Made by a program: the position numbers and the translations under genes
Part shown: positions 8,180-17,981 of the stretch, one piece after another
Position numbering within the stretch: position 1 is the first letter of the stretch
How the letters are laid out: the number at the start of each line of letters is the position of its first letter
From: Patescibacteria group bacterium
GTDB lineage: Bacteria > Patescibacteriota > Patescibacteriia > Patescibacteriales > UBA12075
Assembly: GCA_022705905.1 (NCBI GenBank)
Contig: JAKJDO010000005.1
Span: forward strand, 1-43,773
Length of the DNA stretch: 43,773 nucleotides
Reading direction: 5' to 3'
The notes under the pieces: model-generated
What the model saw: the letters and a program-made list of their open reading frames with translations, nothing else
The model's database searches: none
What the model was told of the DNA's origin: nothing

Positions 8180-9925
8180 ATGAAATCTCTTGTAAAAAAT
8201 AGAATAGGATTGACAGCGTTTTTGGTTGCCGCTGTTTTGTTGTTTTCATTTTTTTCGGCTTTAACGGTCTGGGGGCAAACGGATTTAGGATTAAATGAAG
8301 CTGGCGCTATCGGTCTACCTAGTTCTGACGGTCGAGATATAAAAACGTTATTAGTAGATATCGTCAAATACTTGCTTAGTTTTTTGGGAATGGTAGCAGT
8401 TGTAATTATTATGTATGCCGGCTGGCTGTGGATGACGAGCGGCGGTAATCAATATCAGCTGGAAAAAGCTAAAAAAACTTTAATAAATGCGACAATTGGT
8501 CTTATTATTATAGTTTTATCTTTTATGATCGTTGCTTGGGTGTCAAATTGGATTACTAGCACCATCAATTATAGGGGGTCAAGCAGCCGGGGGTCTTCTA
8601 GTGGAGTCGGTCTGGCTACCGCAGGCAATACTGCTATTGAGTCTCATTATCCTGCCCGAGATCAAAGAGATGTTCCGCGCAACACTCGTATAGTCGTTAC
8701 TTTCCGAGAGCCGATTAGAGTCGAAGATATTATAGAAGCTGGCCGTGTTAACACCGATAACGTCAAAATATTTAAGACAGTTGAAGATAATACCAGGCTT
8801 CATTCACCCAACTTGACTGCCGTAACTACTGATGGCCGCACTTTCCGTTTTGCGCAAGAAGAGCCGTTTATGGGCAGCCCATCGGAAAACTTTTGGTACA
8901 CAGTGGAATTGACAAGTAATATATATAAAGCCAATGGTGATCGTCTGTTTAGTATAGGTGGCGGCTATTCTTGGCAGTTTGAGTTAAGCACCGCAATTGA
9001 TAACGAGCCTCCAAAAATTGCCAGTTTTATACCTCGTATTAATGCTATTGAGCCTAGGAACGTCGTTATTCAAATCAACTTTAACGAAGCAATAGACCCG
9101 ATTACTGCTATGGGCGAAGCCCCCGCTTTTGATAATATTCAAGTTAATAGCGGCTCTATGTTAGCTGGTGAGTTTTATATCTCTAATCAATATCGCACGG
9201 TGGAATTTTTAACAACTGACCAATGCGGCGTTAATTCTTGCGGCCACCCTGTTTATTGTCTGCCAGCCGACAGCAATATTCGCACAACTGTTTTAGCAGC
9301 CACCTTAGATAATCCTGGTTCCGGCAGTGCTTACTCAAGCGCTATTGACGGCATTGTTGATATGGCTGGCAATTCTTTAGACGGTAACAACAACAATATC
9401 GCCGAAGGACCGACTTCTCAAAATGGTTTGCCTGCTTACGACGCTAATAATCCGACAGTCGCCTCAACCAGTGATAACTTTTCTTGGCTTTTTAGCACTA
9501 ATAACAATGTTGATATTACTGAGCCGAGAATAAACAGCATCAATCCTAACGCTTCTTATAACGATACAAATGTTGATGTTCGTGAAATACCTTTCGCTGT
9601 TTTTAACAAGTTGATATTAAGTAGCAGCTTAAAAAAGATAGAAACAATTTCGTTAAGAGCTAATCCGACTGCCAGCGAAGTTTTTTATTGGCTGACGTCT
9701 GCTAACGAACCAGCTGTTAATCCAAATCAAACAAGGGTATTTTTGAACCACAGACAGTTTGTTAATACAGTTAATTCAACCTACGCTCCTTTGTTTACTT
9801 CCGGCATTTTAGACATTTATCAAAATTGTTTTTATCCCAGTGGAGGACTTTCTTGCACCGCCAGCCCGGGCACAGGTTTTCCTTATTGTTGCAATGGAGC
9901 TTTGGCGACAGATTGCGACCCTTAG
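8180..9925 (+). CDS. VirB2/TrbC-like pilin domain fused to bacterial Ig-like (Big_5-type) repeats; surface protein
   Basis: Signal-like N-terminus, then a pilin helical hairpin (YLLSFLGMVAVVIIMYAGWLWMTSGGN..EKAKKTLINATIGLIII), then P-x-x-x-x-x-VPRNTRIVVTFREPI and PRNVVIQINFNEAID Ig-like repeats. Confidence 0.8.
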   Translation: MKSLVKNRIGLTAFLVAAVLLFSFFSALTVWGQTDLGLNEAGAIGLPSSDGRDIKTLLVDIVKYLLSFLGMVAVVIIMYAGWLWMTSGGNQYQLEKAKKTLINATIGLIIIVLSFMIVAWVSNWITSTINYRGSSSRGSSSGVGLATAGNTAIESHYPARDQRDVPRNTRIVVTFREPIRVEDIIEAGRVNTDNVKIFKTVEDNTRLHSPNLTAVTTDGRTFRFAQEEPFMGSPSENFWYTVELTSNIYKANGDRLFSIGGGYSWQFELSTAIDNEPPKIASFIPRINAIEPRNVVIQINFNEAIDPITAMGEAPAFDNIQVNSGSMLAGEFYISNQYRTVEFLTTDQCGVNSCGHPVYCLPADSNIRTTVLAATLDNPGSGSAYSSAIDGIVDMAGNSLDGNNNNIAEGPTSQNGLPAYDANNPTVASTSDNFSWLFSTNNNVDITEPRINSINPNASYNDTNVDVREIPFAVFNKLILSSSLKKIETISLRANPTASEVFYWLTSANEPAVNPNQTRVFLNHRQFVNTVNSTYAPLFTSGILDIYQNCFYPSGGLSCTASPGTGFPYCCNGALATDCDP

Positions 9926-9959
9926 GGATTTAGCTATTTTTTACAAAATTTTAAATAAA

Positions 9960-12623
9960 ATGTTGAGAATATATAAAACTAAGAAGTATCTCGTTTTTTT
10001 TGTCTTGTCTGTTTTTTTAATGGTTGCTTTTAAGTTTGTTCAGGCGCAAGATCTGGGCTTAAATGAAGCGGCCGGTTTAGGCCTGCCATCAGCCGGCGCC
10101 ACTGATCCGAGGTTGTTTGTCATTAATGTTGTTCGTTTCATTTTAGGATTTTTAGGCGTCGTTGCCACAATTATTATTTTATATGGCGGTTGGCTATGGA
10201 TGACTAGCGCCGGGGAACTGATGCGAGTGCAAAAAGCTAAAAAAACTTTAATCGCCGCTATTATCGGTTTGATTATCATTATTGCCGCCTTTGCCATAGT
10301 TTCTTTTGTTGCTAATTTTATGAGAGATACTATTGGCAGCGGCACTTCCTCCGGTTTATGCGACCCTCCTTGTCTGGCTGGACAGTGCTGTTGCAGCGGC
10401 GTTTGCCAGAGCTGTCCTTGCGGTTCGCTTACGCCTACCGGCAGCAGCTTTAGGTTGCGAAGCACTTCGCCGGTAGCTAATGCCATTAATCAGCCCAGAA
10501 ATGTCATAGTTAGAGCTTTTTTGAGCCGTCCGGCCGCGCCATCTGTCGATGATATACTCAGTAGCAATTTTATTTTACGAAGAATAGGTGACATTAATCC
10601 AGGAACAGGAGATTTTATTGACGGACCGGATACTGATGTTAACGGTATTGTTTCCACCTCATCTAATCGTACGATTTTGAATTTTACTCCTAGCGACAAT
10701 TTAGACTCGTGGTCAAGATACCAGGTGGTAATTGATGGTTCTACTAGTATGAACCCCGTAGACCATATAATCGATTTTGACGGCAATCGCTTGACTTGCG
10801 GTTTGCCGGCGCCTTGTAATTTTACTTTTGACACTAACGATTTAATAGATGCAGCTGTGCCAACCGTCCGCATTATACCAACTCAAATTTGCTATGACGA
10901 CGGCACTTTATCGCCCGGTTCTAATATTATTGGTGGCTGGGGTAGGGATGATACGGGCATTTCCTTTTTACGGGCTTATTATGAGATGCCCCATGTTAAT
11001 ATTTTTGATGTTGTCGGTACTGGCAATCGCTATCAATATGCCCAAAATGTGGTTGATACTAGCGGCATGACAGTCGGTGATGTTTACACTTTTACAGTAG
11101 AGGCCGACGATTTAGTTTTAAATACTGAAGCTGACAGTTTTGAAGCAACTATTAGAGCCGGTCATTGTTGCAACGACCAGCGCGATTTAGACGAAGAGGG
11201 TGTTGATTGTGGCGGCGCGGACTGCGATTCATGCGCCAGCATGAATCCAATTATTACTAATTTGTCTCCTGATAACGGCGCTCCGGGTAATTTTATTACT
11301 ATAATGGGGCGCTATTTTGGCATGACGCCCGGGCGAGTTTATTTTTCCAATGCGGCCGGTGATTTAGTGGTAGAGGCGCAACTTCCCAATACTGTAAATC
11401 CAAATTGCAATAATAATTGGAGTAACAATCAAATCGTGGTAGTTGTCCCCGGAGGAGCGGCTACTGGCCCGATTATGGTTGAAAGGAGTGACGGACGTTC
11501 AGACACAACTGCCGCAGACAGCGAGCCATATATTAATTTTGAAGTTAACACCATAGCTCGTCCCGGCCTTTGTCTAGCAAATCCTAATACCGGATTTTTT
11601 AATACCGAATTTGATTTGCATGGCATCGCCTTCGGCGGCACAAACCGCTATGTTCGTTTTGGTAATGAATCCGACTATATTACCGCTAACAACATGCACG
11701 ACTGGACAAATCTTTTTGTTAGCGCTCAGGTTCCTAATATCACTCGTGGCTTAGCAACGGTTTATGCTAATATTGATACTGTTAATTCTAACTTTTTATA
11801 TTTTATAGTTCAGCAAGACACCGATAATAACCCAGTAATTGATTATATTGATCCGCCGCAAGGCCCTAACAACCAGTATATTACTATTTATGGCAGCGGT
11901 TTTATGAGTTATCAGCCGGGCGTTAGTCAGGTTAGTTTTACTAATTTTGGCACCGGAGAAACTACCGCCGCTGGCATTGATTTTCCGGTAGAATGTCGTA
12001 ATAGTTGGTGGCGCGCCAGCTATATTACAGTAAAGGTCCCGGCCACAGTAGCTAACGGTAATTATCAAGTGAGAGTAACCAATAGAGCGAACAATACCAG
12101 TGAACCAGAAAATTTTAATATTATCGCCGGCACTCCGACGCCAGGTATTTGTTTGTTGTCGCCGCATAATGGGCCAGTGGGAACAGCGGTTAATATTTAT
12201 GGTGATAATATGGGTTCTACTCCAGGGACGGCTATATTCTATAATAATGTTTCTGTAACGCCTGCTGCTAGTGAATGGAGACAGCAATTAGTTGCAGCTT
12301 CGGTTCCAGCTGGAGCGGTAACGGGCCCGGTAGTTATTAGCAACGGTGCCAATAGCAATGGTCTTCCTTTTACAGTTGGCAGCTGCACTAGCAACGGCGA
12401 TTGTGAAAGCGGCGAAGAATGTTGCGGTTCGGGTTCGTCTTGGTCGGGTATTTGCCGAAACGTTGGCACTTGCGTTGGCGCTGGTTTTACATCCACTGCT
12501 TTTGGTTGGACTTTTTCTACTGCTTCAGCAGCGACGGCGGAGAATGCTCGGGCGTTTATCCGGCCTGTTCCGATCCTAACGAATTTTGCGATCCTGATTC
12601 CGATTGTACTTGCCAGCCTCTGA
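9960..12623 (+). CDS. Pilin-anchored giant surface protein, 5' part (pilin + Big_5 + three IPT/TIG-like repeats + Cys-rich segments)
   Basis: Same DLGLNEA + pilin hairpin as the upstream gene; PIITNLSPDNGAPGNFITIMG, PVIDYIDPPQGPNNQYITIYG and LLSPHNGPVGTAVNIYG TIG-like starts. The ATG at 9960 is preferred. The true frame appears to be lost near 12521-12545. Confidence 0.75.
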   Translation: MLRIYKTKKYLVFFVLSVFLMVAFKFVQAQDLGLNEAAGLGLPSAGATDPRLFVINVVRFILGFLGVVATIIILYGGWLWMTSAGELMRVQKAKKTLIAAIIGLIIIIAAFAIVSFVANFMRDTIGSGTSSGLCDPPCLAGQCCCSGVCQSCPCGSLTPTGSSFRLRSTSPVANAINQPRNVIVRAFLSRPAAPSVDDILSSNFILRRIGDINPGTGDFIDGPDTDVNGIVSTSSNRTILNFTPSDNLDSWSRYQVVIDGSTSMNPVDHIIDFDGNRLTCGLPAPCNFTFDTNDLIDAAVPTVRIIPTQICYDDGTLSPGSNIIGGWGRDDTGISFLRAYYEMPHVNIFDVVGTGNRYQYAQNVVDTSGMTVGDVYTFTVEADDLVLNTEADSFEATIRAGHCCNDQRDLDEEGVDCGGADCDSCASMNPIITNLSPDNGAPGNFITIMGRYFGMTPGRVYFSNAAGDLVVEAQLPNTVNPNCNNNWSNNQIVVVVPGGAATGPIMVERSDGRSDTTAADSEPYINFEVNTIARPGLCLANPNTGFFNTEFDLHGIAFGGTNRYVRFGNESDYITANNMHDWTNLFVSAQVPNITRGLATVYANIDTVNSNFLYFIVQQDTDNNPVIDYIDPPQGPNNQYITIYGSGFMSYQPGVSQVSFTNFGTGETTAAGIDFPVECRNSWWRASYITVKVPATVANGNYQVRVTNRANNTSEPENFNIIAGTPTPGICLLSPHNGPVGTAVNIYGDNMGSTPGTAIFYNNVSVTPAASEWRQQLVAASVPAGAVTGPVVISNGANSNGLPFTVGSCTSNGDCESGEECCGSGSSWSGICRNVGTCVGAGFTSTAFGWTFSTASAATAENARAFIRPVPILTNFAILIPIVLASL

Positions 12624-15600
12624 ACGATACAGCGGATAGTTGTCGGGGCAGATCAGCCAGAACTAATCGTTGCGATCCGTTTGTTTGTCCTAATTCTCCC
12701 GGCACCTGCTCGCCTTATACTGCCACCGGCTATCAAGTACTAGACGGATTTGCTTGCGATGATTCTTGCGCTGGCGTTGCTAATTGTGGTGTTGCTTGTA
12801 ATTATGTTGATAGCTTGGACTCTTGTGTTTTAACTGATAGATTTTGTACTCGGATAGAATACGATATATTTGGCCGGGAAATTGTCGCAACTTGCGCGGC
12901 TTACGGTTCTAGCGGTGAATATCGCTGGCAAATTTCAACCACAGTTGACTGTCCGTCCGGTTGGCTGAATATCGGCAGAAACCGTTGTGTTAATTTAACA
13001 GAAACTTGTCTGCCTTGTCCTAATAATTTTATTTGTCGGGATTATGATAATGACAGTCAAGGAGATTGTGTGGCCAATCGAAGAATGTGTGTTGGGACTT
13101 CGCATTGTATCGGCACGCAGTGCGTAGTATCCGACCGGAACTCTTGCGAATGTTGTTGCAGTATATCGCAAAATAATCTCGACGGCACGAACCCTTCTTG
13201 TTGCGCACCATTGACTTGTGAAGGCAATTGCGGCTCCGACGCTTCCGGAGTTGATACCGATACTTATGGTTTTTGTTCCGGTTGCGCGTCTGCTTCCGAT
13301 CCGGACTCTGCTTGTAATTGTGAAGGGCATAGCGGTAAGTATTGTGATACAACAACCAATCCGGCTGGAATTTGTCTTGATTGCGCCGCTTTAAATTCTA
13401 CCGAATGCACCAACCACGACGCTTGTTGTGTTGATGTTCAGAGCGGCGACGCTTGTCGCGGCGTAGGTGTTGATGGTCAGAGAAATATTAATGGTACTTG
13501 CGCTTATTATTCTTGCGAAATCAGCGGTCCGGACGCTAATTGTGTAGCTGGCGAAACGGGAGCTTATAAAACTTTAGCTAGATGTGAAGGTAGATGCGTC
13601 GGTTCAGCGGACATTCCAATTGGCCAAAGATGCCTTAGTTTGTCGCCTGTTTATAGTTGCACTTCCGGCATAAACAATTGCGGCGTTTATGATTGCATCA
13701 GCAACGATTTGGGTTCTGACTGCCGCTGTTGTTGCGATCCTAATAATAATACCTGTCCCAGCGGCTTGGATTGCACCCCCAAAGAGCCTTGCGATAGTCC
13801 GGCCGGTAATCGCGGCATATGTTGTGGCTGTGTTAGCAATGATCAATGCTATGGCGGCGGTTTTCAAGGCTGCGGCACAGACTCTTGCTGCCACGAAAGA
13901 CCTCAAATCAGCGAAGTATTTCCAATTGACGAGCAGGAAAACGTTTGCCGCAACACCTTGATAAGAGCCACTTTCAACCAAAGAATGAATATCCAAAGTT
14001 TTACCGGTAATATTATATTATTGGGAGATTATGAAGATTCTCCTTGCCCCGCTGGAACGACTTATTTAGCGCTAGAGGCGCCTCATCGCAATCAATTGTC
14101 CCAGTTTATTAATAAAATAAGAAGATCTTTTCATAGGCTTTTAGCTTTTGTTTGGCCACAGCCGACGGCTTTTGCCCAATTTAACCCCGAACCAGGCCGT
14201 AGTTATTGTGCGGTTAGAGGCGTTACTACCGGCTATAACGATGTTTCTGATAATGGGGTTTTAGAATTTAAATTAAGTTCCGTCCTTGATCCTAATAGAG
14301 TCTATTTCGCCATAGTTAGAGGCGACAGAAATTTGGATAATCAGCAAGGAGTAATAAGCTTTTGGGGGATAGGCATGAACGATATTACTTATGACGGACA
14401 ACCGGAAATGGTTACTTTTAACGGCATTGCTTATTATCGCTCTTCTATCTGGGCTTTCCGTACAGGCGATGATATTTGCGAGTTGAATAGCGTATCTATT
14501 GATCCCGCTAGCTATTTATTTACTACAGCTAATACAGCAGCTACGTTTATTGCCGAGCCACGTTCGTCTGACGGACAGATTTTAATTGGTAAACCGGGAG
14601 TTTATGAATGGACTTGGAATTGGCGTTCCAGCAAGCCATCAGTTGTCGTTGTGAGCAATGACGGCGGTCCCGATTCAATCCAAACAGTTACTTCACAAAA
14701 TGTTCAGGATGACAGGACTGTAATAAGTGCCACAGCTAGCGTTGTCGGCCAAAGTCGTTCCCGAACAGGTCAGTCTAATGTTTATGTTTTCTTGTGCGAA
14801 AATCCTTGGCCAGCTAGGAATAGCGATGGTTCTTGGGCGCCATGGCGCGATCAGGCAGGCAACTGCATTGCTGGTTCCGGCGATTGCACTAATAGTTATA
14901 ATTACGAATTGTATTATTGCCGAGACAGCGGTCGCGCGGGCACCTTTGACGATTTACCTCCGCTTTTAGGAACCACTTCAACCCCGCCAGTTATTCGCGG
15001 TCGATCTTCAACCACCTTGAAAGAGGCATATTTTTTCCGTGAGAATGTGCCGACCGCTACTACCAGCTTAACAATCGTAGATGATGGTACGGGCAATAGC
15101 GTGACCGCTAACTGGATAGCTGTGCCCGAAGTTAGTTTGACTAATTATCGCGTTTATTGGGGAACTGCTTCCGGCAACTATTCAAATAATCGAGAACTGC
15201 CCAACACAGCTAATACTTTCCAAGTGACTGGCTTACAGCCAGGAACTAGATACTACTTCCGCCTCACGGCGATTTATTCAGATAATCGGGTGGAAACTGA
15301 TTTATATAATGAAATTAGTATCGTTCCTAGAGACACCACTCCGCCCGACTTTCCAACTAACTTTACAGCCGCTACAACTACAATTAGCGGCGAGATTAGG
15401 CTTAGCTGGGACGCAGTGAATGGAGCCGTGAGCTACAATATTTATTACGGCACTACTTTAGGAGTTTATGGCACTTCGCGCAATGTTGGCAATATAACCA
15501 GCGTGATTTTATCAGGATTAAGATCAGACAATTCTTATTATTTTTCTGTTAGCGCTGTTGACGCGGCCGGAAACGAAAGTAGTCCTTCCGCGATTTCGGC

Positions 15601-15625
15601 TGGACCAATTTCTCCCAGTCCTTAA
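12521..15625 (+). CDS. Pilin-anchored giant surface protein, 3' part (very Cys-rich region + Big_5 + two FN3 domains); probably joined to 9960 by a frameshift
   Basis: No credible start or signal peptide; dense Cys motifs, PQISEVFP..ENVCRNTLIRATFN, and two FN3-like repeats (ANW..YRVYWGT..GLQPGTRYYF; LSWD..YNIYYGT..GLRSDNSYYFSVSAVD). Confidence 0.7.
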   Translation, partial: CFSSDGGECSGVYPACSDPNEFCDPDSDCTCQPLNDTADSCRGRSARTNRCDPFVCPNSPGTCSPYTATGYQVLDGFACDDSCAGVANCGVACNYVDSLDSCVLTDRFCTRIEYDIFGREIVATCAAYGSSGEYRWQISTTVDCPSGWLNIGRNRCVNLTETCLPCPNNFICRDYDNDSQGDCVANRRMCVGTSHCIGTQCVVSDRNSCECCCSISQNNLDGTNPSCCAPLTCEGNCGSDASGVDTDTYGFCSGCASASDPDSACNCEGHSGKYCDTTTNPAGICLDCAALNSTECTNHDACCVDVQSGDACRGVGVDGQRNINGTCAYYSCEISGPDANCVAGETGAYKTLARCEGRCVGSADIPIGQRCLSLSPVYSCTSGINNCGVYDCISNDLGSDCRCCCDPNNNTCPSGLDCTPKEPCDSPAGNRGICCGCVSNDQCYGGGFQGCGTDSCCHERPQISEVFPIDEQENVCRNTLIRATFNQRMNIQSFTGNIILLGDYEDSPCPAGTTYLALEAPHRNQLSQFINKIRRSFHRLLAFVWPQPTAFAQFNPEPGRSYCAVRGVTTGYNDVSDNGVLEFKLSSVLDPNRVYFAIVRGDRNLDNQQGVISFWGIGMNDITYDGQPEMVTFNGIAYYRSSIWAFRTGDDICELNSVSIDPASYLFTTANTAATFIAEPRSSDGQILIGKPGVYEWTWNWRSSKPSVVVVSNDGGPDSIQTVTSQNVQDDRTVISATASVVGQSRSRTGQSNVYVFLCENPWPARNSDGSWAPWRDQAGNCIAGSGDCTNSYNYELYYCRDSGRAGTFDDLPPLLGTTSTPPVIRGRSSTTLKEAYFFRENVPTATTSLTIVDDGTGNSVTANWIAVPEVSLTNYRVYWGTASGNYSNNRELPNTANTFQVTGLQPGTRYYFRLTAIYSDNRVETDLYNEISIVPRDTTPPDFPTNFTAATTTISGEIRLSWDAVNGAVSYNIYYGTTLGVYGTSRNVGNITSVILSGLRSDNSYYFSVSAVDAAGNESSPSAISAGPISPSP

Positions 15626-15670
15626 TTGTTATTGAATAATTTTTATTAAATTAATAGTAAGTTTAATTAT

Positions 15671-16369
15671 ATGGCTGACAACGAAATAAAAGGAGACGTT
15701 AAAAAGGACGAGCTAGTATTAGACGATATTTTTGCCGACGAAGATGAAGCTAAAACTAATGTTAATGCCGGCTCCAATAATCAGGCCGAGGAACCAATAG
15801 ACAAAAGTCAAATTCGGACTATTGACTACGAAAATGAAGGACTGGGTTTTTTTGGTATAATAAAAAAACATTTATTAAAGATTGTCGCTATAATTTTAGT
15901 TTTTTTGCTGATCGGCATCGGTTTTTTTTATCGCCAGCGTTTATTAGTTTTAAGCTCTTATTATGCCAATATTTTTAGCGTCAAGCTGGATAATTTAAAA
16001 CAAAAAGAGACAAAAATTCAAAACGGAGAAGTTAAAGTAGGCAATGGAGAAGAGATGTTAATAGATGCCGGGACTGTTATCAATCAAGATGCAGAAAAAG
16101 AATTAAACACCAATAATGCCGCAAGCCAGACTGCTAATGAAATTGACTCAGACCAGGATGGCTTAACTGACAGCGAAGAAGCTTCTTTGGGTACCGATCC
16201 ACTTAACCCGGATACTGACGGCGACGGTCTATTTGATCGCGAAGAGGTAAGGGTTTTTAAAACCGATCCGCTTAACCCGGATACTGACGGCGACGGCTTT
16301 AAAGACGGCGAAGAGGTAAGGGCAAAAATGAATCCTCGCGGACAAGGAACATTAAATGACATGAAATAA
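15671..16369 (+). CDS. Single-pass membrane protein with TSP3-like Ca-binding repeats
   Basis: One TM helix; DSDQDGLTDSEE..GTDPLNPDTDGDG repeated. Confidence 0.75.
   Translation: MADNEIKGDVKKDELVLDDIFADEDEAKTNVNAGSNNQAEEPIDKSQIRTIDYENEGLGFFGIIKKHLLKIVAIILVFLLIGIGFFYRQRLLVLSSYYANIFSVKLDNLKQKETKIQNGEVKVGNGEEMLIDAGTVINQDAEKELNTNNAASQTANEIDSDQDGLTDSEEASLGTDPLNPDTDGDGLFDREEVRVFKTDPLNPDTDGDGFKDGEEVRAKMNPRGQGTLNDMK
16193..16321 (+). repeat. Intragenic 69-bp tandem duplication (TDPLNPDTDGDG unit)
   Basis: ACCGATCC(A/G)CTTAACCCGGATACTGACGGCGACGG starts at 16193 and at 16262, with GCGAAGAGGTAAGGG in both copies. Confidence 0.85.
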
Positions 16370-16375
16370 TAAGCT

Positions 16376-17443
16376 ATGTTTTTTAAGAAAAAAACTGATA
16401 AAAAAATATTAGAGGCTGATATGGCTGCCAGCCAAATAGCGGAAAAGATTGAAAAAGACATTGTTGTGTATGCTATGCCCAAAAGGTTTTTAGGAAAAAA
16501 GCTGGACGCGCAAAAAGCCAAAAAAACAGGAGTAATTATATTGTTTTTTGGTTTTTTGGTTTTTGTTTCCGCAGCTGTTTTTATTTATTGGTATTTATTT
16601 AGGCAAGAGCCTAAAGAAATAGCTGGCAATGCCAATACGGCCGCGTCCGTAGATTCTGTTGGTAAAATTTCTGATTCTAATGCGGACAAACCAGACACCA
16701 ACAAAATAGAGTTCGCACCAGTCGGGTTAACGACCAGCGAGGATATTCCTCAGCCATCTTTAGTTAGTTCCACCACTGAGGAGTTGCTTTCCGGCCCTAC
16801 ATCAACCCTGCCTGATGGTTTGTCGAATGAGGTTGAAGATGGGCAAATTATCCCTAATACGCCGATAGTGCCTTCCACAACAACCACTAAGGCTCTGGTT
16901 ATTTCCGCCGATAGTGATGGCGACGGTTTAACCGATCTCGAAGAAGTGGTTATCGGCACAGATCCAATGTCTGGAGATAGTGATGGCGACGGCTACAGCG
17001 ATTTGTCTGAATTAAAAAATTTATATAATCCGGCCGGCCAAGGCAAGCTCATTGTTAATCCTCGTTTTGATATTTATAGCAATCCGACTTTTGGCTATAC
17101 TTTGTATTATCCAAAAGCTTGGGAAATAAATAATGGCGCCGGCGATGACGCCACTATTTTTAAAATCAATAATAGCCAGTTTATAGAAGTCGTGGTTATT
17201 GATAATACTAAACAGCAAACGATTCAAGAGTGGTATAAGGAGCAATTTAATACCAATTTGATTTTACCAACGCAAATAATATATAAACAAGGATGGACAG
17301 GTTTGGCCAGTGAAGACGGCTTGCATGCCTATTTATACAATCCTTTAGGTGATAAGATTTATGCTTTTTTCTATAACATTGGTGAGGGCGGCGCGCTTAG
17401 CCATAAAAATATATTTAACTTGATGATTGATAGTCTTAAGTAG
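16376..17443 (+). CDS. Single-pass membrane protein with TSP3-like repeats and a C-terminal PsbP-like domain
   Basis: TM helix, Ser/Thr/Pro-rich linker, DSDGDGLTDLEE..GTDPMSGDSDGDG, then YSNPTFGYTLYYPKAW (PsbP-like start). Confidence 0.7.
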   Translation: MFFKKKTDKKILEADMAASQIAEKIEKDIVVYAMPKRFLGKKLDAQKAKKTGVIILFFGFLVFVSAAVFIYWYLFRQEPKEIAGNANTAASVDSVGKISDSNADKPDTNKIEFAPVGLTTSEDIPQPSLVSSTTEELLSGPTSTLPDGLSNEVEDGQIIPNTPIVPSTTTTKALVISADSDGDGLTDLEEVVIGTDPMSGDSDGDGYSDLSELKNLYNPAGQGKLIVNPRFDIYSNPTFGYTLYYPKAWEINNGAGDDATIFKINNSQFIEVVVIDNTKQQTIQEWYKEQFNTNLILPTQIIYKQGWTGLASEDGLHAYLYNPLGDKIYAFFYNIGEGGALSHKNIFNLMIDSLK

Positions 17444-17452
17444 CCTTTTTGT

Positions 17453-17857
17453 ATGGTAGAAGTAAATAACCAGACTAAAAGCAAAATTGACATTAAGCTG
17501 GTTAGGCGAGTCGCGGAAGAATTTTTAGTTCATTATAAATTAAACACAAAGGAAGTATCAATCGTTTTTGTCAGCGATCAGGAAATAAAGCGAATAAATA
17601 AAAGTTATAGGCAGATTGATAAAGAAACTGACGTTTTGTCTTTTGAGGGAGAAGGAGATTTTTTAGGGGAGATTGTCATTGATTACGCGCAGATAAAAAG
17701 ACAAGCCAAAGAGTTTAATCGGGGAATTAACGACGAATTAGTTTTTATATTAGTACATGGTTTGCTGCACTTAGTCGGATATGACGACAAGACCGAGAAG
17801 AGCAGGCTTAAAATGGTAAAATTAGGAGAAAGGTTTATAAGAATTTTAAATTTCTAA
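17453..17857 (+). CDS. ybeY: rRNA maturation endoribonuclease YbeY
   Basis: NKSYRQIDKETDVLSF, GEIVI and HGLLHLVGYDD (variant of the HGxLHLxGYDH metal motif). Confidence 0.93.
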   Translation: MVEVNNQTKSKIDIKLVRRVAEEFLVHYKLNTKEVSIVFVSDQEIKRINKSYRQIDKETDVLSFEGEGDFLGEIVIDYAQIKRQAKEFNRGINDELVFILVHGLLHLVGYDDKTEKSRLKMVKLGERFIRILNF

Positions 17858-17972
17858 TTTTTAATTTTCAAAACAATGAATTAATTCATAAATTTTATAA
17901 TTTTTAAATATAAAATTTTAAAATTAACTCATTGAAAATTGTTTGAAAATTAAAAATTGAAAATTTGAAAAT
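17856..17972. repeat. AT-rich heptamer repeats (TGAAAAT-type) with a 17-bp perfect inverted repeat
   Basis: AATTTTTAATTTTCAAA (17856-17872) is the exact reverse complement of TTTGAAAATTAAAAATT (17942-17958); GAAAATT units recur through 17972. Confidence 0.7.
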
Positions 17973-17981
17973 TATTATTCT

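Noticed and set aside
12419-12520. TTG start of the 1068-aa ORF as an independent gene
   Set aside because: The first ~34 aa are out-of-frame nonsense with no signal peptide for a clearly extracellular protein; better explained by a frameshift.
10040-15096. Numerous alternative-frame and antisense ORFs inside the giant surface gene
   Set aside because: By-products of Cys/Gly-rich, GC-richer codon usage; no independent starts or domains.
16193-16321. Direct repeats as a CRISPR array
   Set aside because: Only two in-frame coding copies (TSP3-like units), no unique spacers and no cas genes.
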